Assembly: GCA_903902855.1 (NCBI GenBank)
Contig: CAIUWK010000056.1
Span: forward strand, 2,309 to 66,308
Direction: 5' to 3'
Source: an uncultured Geobacter sp.
GTDB taxonomy: Bacteria > Desulfobacterota > Desulfuromonadia > Geobacterales > CAIOGM01
Length of the DNA: 64,000 nt
Position 1 is the first letter of the stretch. Every line of letters begins with the position of its first letter. Of this stretch, positions 9,973 to 19,861 are shown piece by piece. The notes under the pieces were generated by a model. The model saw nothing but the letters and a program-made list of their open reading frames with translations. It did not search any database and had not been told where the DNA came from. The position numbers were made by a program, and so were the translations under genes.

Positions 9973-11136
9973 TTATTTCCTGTTTTTTACTATCACATCT
10001 TTCACCGCTGCAACCACATCCTGCGCATCCTCGTCCGTCATCTTGGGGAAGAGGGGGAGCGAGAGGATCCGGTCCGAGGCATAGTCTGCGTTGGGGAGTG
10101 AACCCGGCAGAAGCGGCAGATGCTCCCGGTACCAGGCGTGGTGATGGATCGCCTTGTAGTGGAGCCCGGAGCCGATGTTATGCCCCTTCAGCTCCTCCAT
10201 GAATTGATCCCGATTGATGGTCAGCTTTTCGATCCGGATCAGCGGGGTGTAGAGGTGCCAGGCGTGGCGCTGCCGGTAGGGGGCCATGGTGGGGAGGGCC
10301 AGCTCCCCCACGTCGGCGAATTCGCGGTTATAGAAGTCGGCAATTTCGGTCCGGCGGCGGATGAAGCCGTCCAGCCGGGGGAGCTGGTGGATCCCCAGGG
10401 CCGCCTGGATGTCCATCATGTTGTACTTGAAACCGGGAATCATGATGTCGTAGCCGGGAGTGCCGCTGGCTGCAAACCGTTTCCACGCCTCCCGGTTCAT
10501 GCCGTGGAACTTGAGGAGGCTGATCTGTTCAGCCAGCTCTTCGTCCGGGGTGCAGAGCATCCCCCCCTCACCGGTGGTCATATTCTTGTTGGGGTGGAAG
10601 GAGAAGATGGAGACGCTGGGAAAGGAGCCGATTCGCTGACCTTTGTATTCGGTCCCCACGGCGTGGGCCGCGTCTTCGATGACCGTGAGGTTGAATTCCC
10701 GGGCCAGGGCAAAGATCGGCTCCAGATCGCAGGACTGACCGGCAAAATGGACCGGCACGATGGCCCTGGTGCGGGGGGTGATCTTCTCCCGGATTTTGGT
10801 GACGTCCAGATTAAGGGTTCCCGGTTCAATATCCACCAGTACCGGAGTCGCCCCGGCCAGCACGATAGTGCTCACCGTGGAGGCGAAGGTCATGGGGGTG
10901 GTGATCACCTCGTCACCGGCGCCGATCTTCAAGGCGAGCATGATCAGATGCTGACCGGCGGTGGCCGAGCTCAGCGGCACGGCAAAGGGAGCCCCCACGT
11001 AGGCCTTGAACTCTTCCTCAAAACGTTTCACCTTGGGGCCGGTGGTGATCCAGCCGGATTTCAGGGAGTCCACAACCTCGTTGATCTCGGCATCTTCAAT
11101 GGTTGGCGTGGAAAAGGGGAGAAACTGAGAACGCAC
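9973..11136 (-). CDS. arnB: UDP-4-amino-4-deoxy-L-arabinose aminotransferase (DegT/ArnB)
   Basis: SGWITTGPK, EDAAHA, FSFHPNKNMTTGEGG; GTG start at 11136 follows GGAGG. Confidence 0.88.
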   Translation of the reverse strand: MRSQFLPFSTPTIEDAEINEVVDSLKSGWITTGPKVKRFEEEFKAYVGAPFAVPLSSATAGQHLIMLALKIGAGDEVITTPMTFASTVSTIVLAGATPVLVDIEPGTLNLDVTKIREKITPRTRAIVPVHFAGQSCDLEPIFALAREFNLTVIEDAAHAVGTEYKGQRIGSFPSVSIFSFHPNKNMTTGEGGMLCTPDEELAEQISLLKFHGMNREAWKRFAASGTPGYDIMIPGFKYNMMDIQAALGIHQLPRLDGFIRRRTEIADFYNREFADVGELALPTMAPYRQRHAWHLYTPLIRIEKLTINRDQFMEELKGHNIGSGLHYKAIHHHAWYREHLPLLPGSLPNADYASDRILSLPLFPKMTDEDAQDVVAAVKDVIVKNRK

Positions 11137-11223
11137 CGCGTACCTCCGGCAATAGAGTTGCAATCTGTTTTTATCTCACAAACGGGCGGATGCTGCAAAG
11201 GGTTTCCGCATGCTCCTGTGACT

Positions 11224-12897
11224 TCAGCGATTACCGACCAATACCCGCTTCCGGTTTTCCTGAAGGAGACGGACGGGATTGTGCACCTTTGACCTCAATT
11301 CCGGCAGCTCTTTCCTGTTGATCACCAGGTACACCGGCTTGGTCGAGTCCCAGAGGGTAACCAGTTCGGTATAGTCGATGAACCACCCTTTATGATCACC
11401 CTGCAGGCTGCCGAACTCCAGCTCACCCACTCCGCCGAAGAGGACCACCCTCCGCCTGGCGTAAAAGGAGAGTCCCTGGAGAACCCCTTGGCTGATCACC
11501 ACGGCATCAGGGGGAGCCTGACGGAGCAGTTCCTGGCCGAAACCCCGCAACTGCTTCTGCTGGGCCACCTTGTCCAGCACCAGAGGAGGTCCCACCAGCA
11601 TGAGCAGCAGGGCGGTCATGGTTACCCCGGTCACCAGGATGACCGGTTCTTTCCGGTGGGCCGCAACGGCGGCCACCAGACCCTGGATGAAGAAGAGTCC
11701 GCCGATGAGCGCTCCCGCCACGGTAGTCAGTACTCCATCAGGGACATACGGAGGCGCAACCATCCCGGCGATCCCCACGATCATCATGATTCCGGCCATG
11801 ATCCGGACAAATGGCCAGAAGGGACGACTCTCGCCGTCCAGGGTACGGACGATCATATCCCCCATGAGGAGCGCGGCCGCCGGATAGACGGGGAGAATAT
11901 AGGGGATGAGCTTGGAATTTGACTTGGAGAAAAAGAGAAAGATCAGGATGAACCAGATTGCCAGATAAAGACGTGACTCGCCCCCCGCTTCCCGGCGTCC
12001 CTTCCAGATACCGCGAAAGGATGACGGGATCAGGAGCGACCAAGGGAGCATCCCCACCAGGAGAATCGGGATGAAAAACCAGAGCGGCTGGTACCGGCCA
12101 TGAACCTTGGTCAAAAAACGCTCAAAATGTTCATGAATGAAGAAAAACCGGGCAAACTCGGGGTTTTTCAGGGAGACCAGGAGAAACCAGGGAGCCCCCA
12201 CCAGGAAGAAGAGGAGCAGGCCGGTGGGGAGACGCATCTCCCGCAGCAGTCGCCAGCGCCGGGTGAGGAGGAGATGGAAGAAGATCACCCCGCCGGGGAG
12301 GACCATGCCGATGAGCCCCTTGGCCAGAACCGCCAGGGCGGCAAAGACGTAGAAGAGGTGATAGTAGAGTCCTGCCCGGCGTTCCCCTTCACGAGCCGCC
12401 AGGATAAAACAGCCCAGAGCCGTGGTGAGACAGAAGGTGAGCGGGATATCGGTGAGGATCATCCGGTTCTGAATCATGAAACCGGCGGAACTCCCCAGAA
12501 TCAGCGCCGCCACCATCCCCTGCCGCCGGCCGAAGAGGGTTCGCCCCAGATGATAGATGAAGAGGATGGTGAGGACGCCGCAGAGGGCGCTGGGTAGCCG
12601 GGCCGCGAATTCGTTCTGGCCAAAGAGCTTCATGGAGAGAGCGTTAAGCCAGTAGATGAGGGGAGGTTTTTCGAAATACTTGACGTAATTCAAGAAGGGG
12701 GTGATGAAATCACCGCTCTCCAGCATCTCCCGGGGGATCTCGGCGTAGCGCCCCTCATCGGGCTCCAGGAAGGGGAGTCGCCCCAGGAACTGGAGATAGA
12801 CGGTCCCGAAGAGGAGCGCCAGGAAGGTAAGATCCGTCCGCCGCGAGGCATCCCGGGAGAAGAGAAATCCGTTTATTTTTGAAAAAAATTCTCGCAT
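11224..12897 (-). CDS. arnT: Lipid A L-Ara4N transferase (ArnT, GT83)
   Basis: DEGRYAEIPREM, YFEKPPL, LAKG, EHFERF, SKLIPYILP. Confidence 0.88.
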   Translation of the reverse strand: MREFFSKINGFLFSRDASRRTDLTFLALLFGTVYLQFLGRLPFLEPDEGRYAEIPREMLESGDFITPFLNYVKYFEKPPLIYWLNALSMKLFGQNEFAARLPSALCGVLTILFIYHLGRTLFGRRQGMVAALILGSSAGFMIQNRMILTDIPLTFCLTTALGCFILAAREGERRAGLYYHLFYVFAALAVLAKGLIGMVLPGGVIFFHLLLTRRWRLLREMRLPTGLLLFFLVGAPWFLLVSLKNPEFARFFFIHEHFERFLTKVHGRYQPLWFFIPILLVGMLPWSLLIPSSFRGIWKGRREAGGESRLYLAIWFILIFLFFSKSNSKLIPYILPVYPAAALLMGDMIVRTLDGESRPFWPFVRIMAGIMMIVGIAGMVAPPYVPDGVLTTVAGALIGGLFFIQGLVAAVAAHRKEPVILVTGVTMTALLLMLVGPPLVLDKVAQQKQLRGFGQELLRQAPPDAVVISQGVLQGLSFYARRRVVLFGGVGELEFGSLQGDHKGWFIDYTELVTLWDSTKPVYLVINRKELPELRSKVHNPVRLLQENRKRVLVGNR

Positions 12898-12919
12898 TCT
12901 CTAAACCTTAAGCCAAAAC

Positions 12920-13014
12920 CGTCTCTCGTAGAGGACGCAGAGAAAACCACTGCGCAAGCCTGTTTTCGCCTTCCTCTGCGCGCTCAAGTGAGCAGAGCGA
13001 ACGGGCGAGAGACG
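12920..13014. repeat. TCTCTCG(C)AGAG/CTCTGCG-family palindromic element
   Basis: CGTCTCTCGTAGAGGACGCAGAG ... CTCTGCG...CGAACGGGCGAGAGACG; arms recur at 29291, 46872, 46902 and 52095. Confidence 0.7.
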
Positions 13015-13046
13015 AATTTGACGCTTCCTTGGGCTATATTTACGTA

Positions 13047-14330
13047 CTAGCGATTCGAAAGTTGTGATATTTTCGTGCTTTCCCGCCGGACGAGATCGTT
13101 AACCTTCACGGCAAACGGGAGCGCAACCCTGATCCTGCTGTTGGGGTGGGCCACCTGCAGCGGGAGCCCCTCCTCGTTGGTCATGGTTTCCAGGATAAGG
13201 GTGTTTTCAGCCATTTCAGGGCCGATGAACTCCAGTCGATCCCCCGCCATGATCCGGTTTCTGACCCCCATGGTGGCGACACCCTCTTCATTCACCGATT
13301 CCACCAAACCGACGAAATCATGACTCCGGATATAGCGGGAATCGAGCTCTACCCCCACGTCCCGGGGGGCGCCGAAAAGAAACCCCGTAGTATACCCACG
13401 GTGGCTGATCTTGGTCAACTCCTCCAGCCATTCGTCCTTGCAGACGTAACGTTGGGGGTCGTCCTGATAACGGTCCAACGCCTCCCGGTAGACTCGCACC
13501 ACGGAGGCGACATAATTGGCCCCTTTCATCCGCCCCTCGATCTTGAGGGAGGCAACCCCCGTGGCCACCAGCTCCGGAAGATAGGGGAGGAGGCAGAGAT
13601 CCCGGGAGTTGAAGATGAAACTCCCCCGCTCCCCCTCCTGCACCGGGAAATACTCACCCGGCCGACTCTCTTCCACAATGGCGTAATTCCAGCGGCAGGG
13701 GTGGGTACACTCCCCCTTGTTGGCGTTGCGGCCGGTCATGACGCTGGAGAGGAGGCAGCGCCCCGATTGGGAGATGCAGAGGGCGCCGTGGACGAAGATC
13801 TCCGTCTCCATGCTGACCTGCCGGTTCACCTGACGGATCTCGTCCAGGGGCATCTCCCTCGCCAGATTGATCCGGCTGATCCCCTGACGCTGCCAGAAAC
13901 GGGCCGCGGCCCAATTGGTACTGTTGGCCTGGGTGGAGAGATGAATGGTCCGCTGCGGCGTCACCTCACGAATGAGGTCGATGACTCCCGGATCGGCGGC
14001 GATGAGTGCGTCAAAGGGGATAGCCGCGGTGGCTTCCAGGAACCGGAGCAGTTCCGGAATGTCCCCTCCCGACGGGTACCAGTTCACCGTCAGATAGACC
14101 TTCACCCCCCGCTCATGGGCGTAGGCGGTGGCCTCGGCCAGTCCTTCATTGGTAAAATTATCGGCCATGTTGCGCAGACCGAATGATTTTCCCCCCAGAT
14201 AGACGGCATCGGCACCGTAATGGATAGCCAGCGCCAGTTTCTCCCGGTTCCCGGCAGGGGCCAGTAGTTCGGGAAGCCTCAACCGGGCAGTTCCCTGCCC
14301 ATGACTCATTACTCCGATATCCTCGGACAT
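13047..14330 (-). CDS. U32 family protein (TrhP/YegQ-like RNA hydroxylation)
   Basis: PELLAPAG, HLSTQA, HGALCISQSGRC, ECTHPCRW Fe-S cysteines, LKIEGR. Confidence 0.88.
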   Translation of the reverse strand: MSEDIGVMSHGQGTARLRLPELLAPAGNREKLALAIHYGADAVYLGGKSFGLRNMADNFTNEGLAEATAYAHERGVKVYLTVNWYPSGGDIPELLRFLEATAAIPFDALIAADPGVIDLIREVTPQRTIHLSTQANSTNWAAARFWQRQGISRINLAREMPLDEIRQVNRQVSMETEIFVHGALCISQSGRCLLSSVMTGRNANKGECTHPCRWNYAIVEESRPGEYFPVQEGERGSFIFNSRDLCLLPYLPELVATGVASLKIEGRMKGANYVASVVRVYREALDRYQDDPQRYVCKDEWLEELTKISHRGYTTGFLFGAPRDVGVELDSRYIRSHDFVGLVESVNEEGVATMGVRNRIMAGDRLEFIGPEMAENTLILETMTNEEGLPLQVAHPNSRIRVALPFAVKVNDLVRRESTKISQLSNR

Positions 14331-14532
14331 AATACCTCGCACGAAGCGTGAAAAATCAAGGGGCGCTTCCGGGCGAACACCCTGCGGATTCAAAAAAATC
14401 ATCGAACTGTACCACATACCACGCGGCAAGAAAACCCAAAAGGAAGAACAGTGGAACTCTCCTTTCTCCTTGACAACCGGAACGGTATCGCAGTATTGAT
14501 TATCAAACTATAATACAACCGTGAGGTGCCTC

Positions 14533-15534
14533 ATGAAAAAGCTTGCCTTTGCCATGGCTGTTTTCAGCGTACTGGGCGCCACAACGCCCCAATTGTTCGC
14601 CGGGACAGTGCGGGAACCGATCCTCTATGTCGTGCAGAAAGGGGACACCCTCTGGGATATCTCGGAGCGTTTTTTCAAGGACCCCTTCTTCTGGCCGAAC
14701 CTCTGGTCCCGCAACCCCGCCATCGGCAATCCCCACGTTATCTATCCCGGCCAAAAGCTCCGAATCTTGCATGACCGGATCGAAGTGGTCACCACTCCCC
14801 CACCACAACCGTTGACAGCGGCGGTAAAGAGTTCACCTCCCGGCGAAGCGGAACCGATCCGGGAAAAAGTGTTCCTGGTGGTGGGAAGTGAAGGATTCAT
14901 CGCAGAGAAGGAGCTGGGAGGCGTCGGACACATCATCGCCACCAATCACGACCGGGGGATCGTCGGCGCCGAGGATACGGTCTATACCGACATCGGTTCT
15001 TTACATGGCGCACATAAAGGAGATCGGTTCTCCATCTACAGCAAACAGGAGGTCGTCACTCACCCGCTTCGGCATGTCACCGTAGGGTACAAGATCGTCC
15101 CCTTGGGGACCCTGGAGCTGACCGAACTGACCCCTGACGGATCGCGGGCCTTGATCACCGAATCCTTCCGGGAGATCAGCAGCGGCGCGTTCCTCCTCCC
15201 CTGGCGCAACAGCAGGCGGGAGATCCCTCTGAAGTCAACCAGCCTCCCCCTCTCCGGAATAATTATGGAGTCGCTCACGGGAAACAGGGCCGTGGGAGCG
15301 GGAGATCTGGTCTACCTGGACCTGGGGAAAGAGCAGGGTCTTGAGCTGGGCAACATGCTCCATCTGGTCAGGCAGCCGGTCCCGGACCGTCCATACGTCG
15401 GCCCCCTCCCCCAGGAACTCGTCGCCGCCCTGGTAGTCGTCGGCGTCGGCCGTGACAGCTCCACCGCCATTATTATTAAAAGCGTAGAAACCGTCTATCT
15501 GGGGGAGAAGGTCGTAACGCTCCTCCCCCAGTAG
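14533..15534 (+). CDS. LysM peptidoglycan-binding protein
   Basis: Signal peptide; YVVQKGDTLWDIS...NPHVIYPGQKL; typical neighbour upstream of dprA. Confidence 0.85.
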   Translation: MKKLAFAMAVFSVLGATTPQLFAGTVREPILYVVQKGDTLWDISERFFKDPFFWPNLWSRNPAIGNPHVIYPGQKLRILHDRIEVVTTPPPQPLTAAVKSSPPGEAEPIREKVFLVVGSEGFIAEKELGGVGHIIATNHDRGIVGAEDTVYTDIGSLHGAHKGDRFSIYSKQEVVTHPLRHVTVGYKIVPLGTLELTELTPDGSRALITESFREISSGAFLLPWRNSRREIPLKSTSLPLSGIIMESLTGNRAVGAGDLVYLDLGKEQGLELGNMLHLVRQPVPDRPYVGPLPQELVAALVVVGVGRDSSTAIIIKSVETVYLGEKVVTLLPQ

Positions 15535-15580
15535 CCGACTTCAGGAGGGTGACCCCATCGCCTCACGCACCCATACCGCC

Positions 15581-16660
15581 ATGGATCATTACTTCTGGTT
15601 TGCCCTCAAATCGGTCCCCCTTGTGGGGAATGTGACCTTCTGCCGGCTCCTCCACCACTTCCGGACCCCCCAGGAGGTTTTCCAGGCCTCTCCGGAGGAA
15701 CTGGCCGGAGTACGGGGACTCTCCAGAGCGGCTGCCGACCAGATCCGGAGCCACGATTACCGCGAAGGGGCCGATAGAGAATGCGCGGCACTCCTTCACA
15801 GCGATGTCAGGATCGTGGATTTTCTTTCGGAAGAGTACCCCAAGATCCTCCTGGAGATAGCTGATTTCCCCCCCTACCTCTATGTCCGCGGCACTCTCAG
15901 GAGCTCTGAATGTTGTCTCGCCGTGGTCGGCTCCCGACGCGCCTCGTCCAGTGGGCAGAGCATCACGGAACGTCTTGCCAGGGATCTTGCCCAGAGGGGA
16001 ATCACCGTCGTTTCCGGCATGGCCCGGGGAATAGATACCTCCGCCCACCGGGGGGCGCTCAAGGGGGGTGGCCGGACCATCGGCGTTCTCGGCTCCGGTC
16101 TTGACGTCCTCTATCCCCCCGAAAATCGCATGCTCTTCCAAGAGGTGGCCGCTCAGGGGTGCGTGATCTCCGAATTCCCCCTGGGGACGGCACCACTGGC
16201 GGAGAATTTCCCCCGCAGGAACCGGATCATCAGCGGACTCTCCCGAGGGGTTCTCGTGGTGGAGGCGGTTGAAAACAGCGGCTCCCTCATCACGGCCCGG
16301 TACGCCCTTGAGCAGGGGCGTGAGGTCTTTGCCGTCCCCGGTAACATCAACTATCCGGGGAGCAGGGGGCCGAATCAACTCATCAAAGAGGGGGCAGCCT
16401 TGGTGCAAAACGTGGACGACATCATTCAGAACCTCCCCCACCACGGCGCGCCGGCCACCGCAGAGCCGCTTCCCCCCTCCTTTTGCCTCACCCCCCAGGA
16501 AGCATCCATTTACACCCTGCTGGCCGCCTCTCCGCTCCATGCGGACGAGATCACCTTTAAATGCGGATTGACAGCCGGGGAGGTTTCGGCTATGTTACTT
16601 CGCCTTGAACTCAAGGGTGCCGTAACCCGGCTACCCGGTAACTATTTCATGATTTCGTGA
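15581..16660 (+). CDS. dprA: DNA-processing protein DprA
   Basis: AVVGSR, SGMARGID, FPRRNRIISGLS, SGSLITA, C-terminal winged helix. Confidence 0.95.
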   Translation: MDHYFWFALKSVPLVGNVTFCRLLHHFRTPQEVFQASPEELAGVRGLSRAAADQIRSHDYREGADRECAALLHSDVRIVDFLSEEYPKILLEIADFPPYLYVRGTLRSSECCLAVVGSRRASSSGQSITERLARDLAQRGITVVSGMARGIDTSAHRGALKGGGRTIGVLGSGLDVLYPPENRMLFQEVAAQGCVISEFPLGTAPLAENFPRRNRIISGLSRGVLVVEAVENSGSLITARYALEQGREVFAVPGNINYPGSRGPNQLIKEGAALVQNVDDIIQNLPHHGAPATAEPLPPSFCLTPQEASIYTLLAASPLHADEITFKCGLTAGEVSAMLLRLELKGAVTRLPGNYFMIS

Positions 16661-16730
16661 CCGACAAAAACTTCTCTCTACGGGCTCAAGGCGCCGCCTT
16701 GGGCCTTCTGTCATCTGCCATAGGATATCC

Positions 16731-19058
16731 ATGCCCCAGCACCTCGTTATAGTCGAATCACCGGCCAAGGCCAAGACCATCGAAAAGTTTCTCGGGAGCG
16801 ACTACCGGGTCCTTGCCTCCTTCGGTCATGTGCGAGCCCTCCCCAGCAAACAGGGTTCGGTGGATGTGGAAGACGACTTCAACCCCAAGTACGCCATCCT
16901 CCCCGAAAGCAAAAAGCACCTGGATGCCATCAAAAAAGAGCTGAAGGACGCCGACACCCTGCTCCTCGCAACTGACCCGGATCGCGAAGGAGAAGCCATC
17001 GCCTGGCACCTCCTGGCGGCCCTTGGTCTGGACAAGAAACAGACCAAACTGGACATCAAACGGGTCGTCTTTCACGAGATCACCAAGGACGCCATTATCC
17101 ACGCTGTCCAGAACCCTCGCGACATCTCCGATGAGCTGGTGGACGCCCAGCAGGCCCGGTCGGTCCTGGATTATCTGGTGGGGTTCAACCTCTCCCCCTT
17201 CCTCTGGAAGAAAATCCGCTACGGCCTCTCCGCCGGGCGGGTCCAGTCGGTGGCGCTGCGGCTGGTTTGTGAGCGGGAGAAAGAGATCCAGGCATTTCTC
17301 CAGCAGGAGTACTGGACCATCGGCGCCCGTATGGAAACGGTGCAGAGACAACTCTTCAGCGCCTCTCTCATTGAGGCCGAAGGGAAAAAACTGGGCAAGT
17401 TCGATATCCCCGATGAACCGACGGCCTCCCGTCTCCTTGAGCTGCTGAAGGGTCGTGAGTGCCGGGTAGCCAAGGTGACGAAGAGTGAACGGAAACGGAA
17501 CCCGTCTCCCCCCTTCACCACCTCCACCCTCCAGCAGGAGGCGTCCCGCAAACTCGGTTACTCCGCCAAGAAGACCATGGGCACCGCCCAGAAACTCTAC
17601 GAGGGGCTTGCCATCGGTGCCGAGGGGACCGTGGGTCTCATCTCCTACATGCGTACCGACAGTGTGGCCCTCTCCACCGTAGCCACCACCGAGGCCCGGG
17701 AAGTCATTACCTCCCTCTACGGCAAGGAGTACTCACTCTCCAAACCGAGAATCTACAAGACCAAGACCAAGAATGCCCAAGAGGCCCATGAGGCGGTTCG
17801 CCCCACCTCCATCGCCAGGACCCCGGCCGAAGTCAAGAAATTTCTCACCCCGGACCAGTTCAAACTCTACGACCTGATCTGGAAAAGGACTGTGGCCTCC
17901 CAGATGTCCGAGGCGCTCCTGGATCAGACAAGCGTGGACATCTCCGCCGGAACGGGCTTTACCTTCCGGGCTGCCGGCACCGTCATCCGTTTTGCCGGAT
18001 TCATGAAACTCTATATCGAGGGAGAGGACGACAAGTCCGAAGAGAAAGAAGCCACCGGTTCCAAGAGTGACGACAACGAGGAACGGCTCCTCCCCCCTCT
18101 CACGGAAGGAGAGTTGATTGAGGCGAAAGAACTCCTCCCGGAGCAGCATTTCACACAGCCCCCACCCCGTTACACCGAGGCCACGCTGGTCAAAACCCTG
18201 GAAGAGTACGGTATCGGTCGCCCCTCCACCTATGCCAGCACCCTCAATACCCTGGTGGAGCGCAAATACGCCCGGCTGGATAAGAAGCGCTTCTTCCCGG
18301 AAGATGTGGGAATGGTGGTCAGCGACCTTCTGGTGAATCACTTCGGAACCTACGTGGACTACAACTTCACCGCCGGCCTGGAAGAGCAGCTGGATCAGGT
18401 CTCACGGGGGGAAAAGGAGTGGAAACCGCTTCTCCGGGAATTCTGGGGCCCCTTCACCACCCTCCTGAAGCTGAAGGAGGGGGAGGTCAACAAGGCGGAC
18501 CTCACCACCGAGGCCACCAATGAGCTCTGCCCCGACTGCGGCAAGCCGCTGGTGGTGAAGTTGGGGAAGCGGGGGAAGTTCATCGCCTGCTCCGGCTATC
18601 AGGAGGGGTGTAAATTTACCCGCAACATCGACCGGGAGACCGGGGAGGCCATGGAACCGGTGGAACCGGAGATCTCGGAAGAGATCTGCGAGAAATGCAG
18701 CAGCCCCATGCTCATCAAGGATGGCCGCTTCGGTAAATACCTGGCCTGCTCCGGCTATCCGGCCTGCAAGAATATTCAGCCTCTGATCAAGCCCAAGGCA
18801 ACGGGTGTCACCTGTCCCGACTGTAACGAGGGGGAACTGATTGAAAAAAAATCCCGGTACGGCAAGATGTTCTACTCCTGCAACCGCTACCCCGACTGCA
18901 AGTTTGCCCTCTGGGACCTTCCGGTCAAACAACCCTGTCCCACCTGCGGCTTCCCCCTGCTGGTGAAAAAGATCTATAAACGGGAGGGAGAGTTCCTCAA
19001 GTGCCCCAAGGAGGGGTGTGACTATAAAGAGGGGGGAAAGCAGAAGGGTGAGAGCTGA
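16731..19058 (+). CDS. topA: DNA topoisomerase I
   Basis: IVESPAKAKTI, DPDREGE, SAGRVQS, ISYMRTDS, GIGRPSTY, C4 zinc ribbons. Confidence 0.97.
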   Translation: MPQHLVIVESPAKAKTIEKFLGSDYRVLASFGHVRALPSKQGSVDVEDDFNPKYAILPESKKHLDAIKKELKDADTLLLATDPDREGEAIAWHLLAALGLDKKQTKLDIKRVVFHEITKDAIIHAVQNPRDISDELVDAQQARSVLDYLVGFNLSPFLWKKIRYGLSAGRVQSVALRLVCEREKEIQAFLQQEYWTIGARMETVQRQLFSASLIEAEGKKLGKFDIPDEPTASRLLELLKGRECRVAKVTKSERKRNPSPPFTTSTLQQEASRKLGYSAKKTMGTAQKLYEGLAIGAEGTVGLISYMRTDSVALSTVATTEAREVITSLYGKEYSLSKPRIYKTKTKNAQEAHEAVRPTSIARTPAEVKKFLTPDQFKLYDLIWKRTVASQMSEALLDQTSVDISAGTGFTFRAAGTVIRFAGFMKLYIEGEDDKSEEKEATGSKSDDNEERLLPPLTEGELIEAKELLPEQHFTQPPPRYTEATLVKTLEEYGIGRPSTYASTLNTLVERKYARLDKKRFFPEDVGMVVSDLLVNHFGTYVDYNFTAGLEEQLDQVSRGEKEWKPLLREFWGPFTTLLKLKEGEVNKADLTTEATNELCPDCGKPLVVKLGKRGKFIACSGYQEGCKFTRNIDRETGEAMEPVEPEISEEICEKCSSPMLIKDGRFGKYLACSGYPACKNIQPLIKPKATGVTCPDCNEGELIEKKSRYGKMFYSCNRYPDCKFALWDLPVKQPCPTCGFPLLVKKIYKREGEFLKCPKEGCDYKEGGKQKGES

Positions 19059-19098
19059 CCCCCTCTATCCGGCAGCAGACCTTCTGAACTTATTCGTG

Positions 19099-19126
19099 AC
19101 GCCCCGCCCTGCGGGGCGTTTTTTTT
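19099..19126 (+). terminator. Rho-independent terminator after topA
   Basis: ACGCCCCGC-CCT-GCGGGGCGT followed by a T-run. Confidence 0.85.
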
Positions 19127-19301
19127 GCAGTAATCCCCCTCTCCATCCCTCTTGCATAAATGCAAAACAGCCGAAAACCCTTCGCACGCCGGCAAATAAT
19201 AACTCCGTGTTCAGCACGCACCATCCAACATGAAGTATTACAACACTTTTCAGACGGCAACCCTTTACATGCCGGCTCTTCCCCCATCAGGGGAGCGCTC
19301 C

Positions 19302-19331
19302 CGGCTGTTTTGCAATCGTGCAAAACAGCCG
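19302..19331. promoter_or_regulatory. Perfect palindromic operator/enhancer; related site at 19152-19173
   Basis: CGGCTGTTTTGCA-ATCG-TGCAAAACAGCCG; second site TTGCA-TAAA-TGCAAAACAGCCG; about 90 nt upstream of a sigma54 motif. Confidence 0.7.
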
Positions 19332-19421
19332 CCATCACTTGGGATAAATCCACCACCATCGGACAGCGTAAGATAATGATTTTCAGTCATTTATTATATT
19401 TTTTCCGAAGCTCCGGCAATT

Positions 19422-19437
19422 TGGTACGGCCGTTGCT
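19422..19437 (+). promoter_or_regulatory. sigma54 (RpoN) -24/-12 promoter
   Basis: TGGTACGGCCGTTGCT matches TGGYACRNNNNTTGCW; AT-rich IHF-like tract at about 19370-19405. Confidence 0.8.
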
Positions 19438-19543
19438 AAAGGGGATAACGAGTGACTACTTTGATTGAAGGGGATGGGTGAGCACCATCGGCAGGTGGCC
19501 TGCCGGAACCTGCAGTCGGAGTGGAAACGGAGTGAGGATACCG

Positions 19544-19735
19544 ATGAAAGAAACCATAATCTGCCCCTTCTACGCCAAGGGGGATGAGTACTGTGATGTG
19601 GGGTGCGATTATATCTCCCCCCACGATGTCAACATGATCATCAAATTCTGCAACTGTAACTACCAGGGGTGTGTCAAATACCGGGAACTTACCGACCGCT
19701 ATCCTCACCTCTCCCTGCTGCTCTCTCCCTGTTAA
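19544..19735 (+). CDS. Cys-rich small protein, 63 aa, unknown function
   Basis: GAGGA RBS; MKETIICPFY...CDVGC...FCNCNYQGC; seven Cys. Confidence 0.7.
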   Translation: MKETIICPFYAKGDEYCDVGCDYISPHDVNMIIKFCNCNYQGCVKYRELTDRYPHLSLLLSPC

Positions 19736-19747
19736 GGAGGAACCGCC

Positions 19748-19861
19748 ATGCTCTATCACCTTACGCTGCACCTTAATCCGCTCTACCTTTCGGCCACCGC
19801 TTCCATTGCAACAATAATGTTTATCATATTACAGGTAAAGGAGAAGAGAGATGAGCGATAG
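19748..19861 (+). CDS. 37-aa single-TM peptide (MLYHLTLHLNPLYLSATASIATIMFIILQVKEKRDER)
   Basis: Ideal TAAGGAGG RBS; fills the gap between neighbours and overlaps the next start; below the ORF-track cutoff. Confidence 0.6.
   Translation: MLYHLTLHLNPLYLSATASIATIMFIILQVKEKRDER

Noticed and set aside
19140..19340. Cyclic-dinucleotide (GEMM) riboswitch
   Set aside because: No GEMM consensus seen; the features lie upstream of the promoter and fit DNA-level sites better
19544..19735. Possible HgtR repressor or ferredoxin
   Set aside because: No ribbon-helix-helix pattern and no CxxCxxC motif
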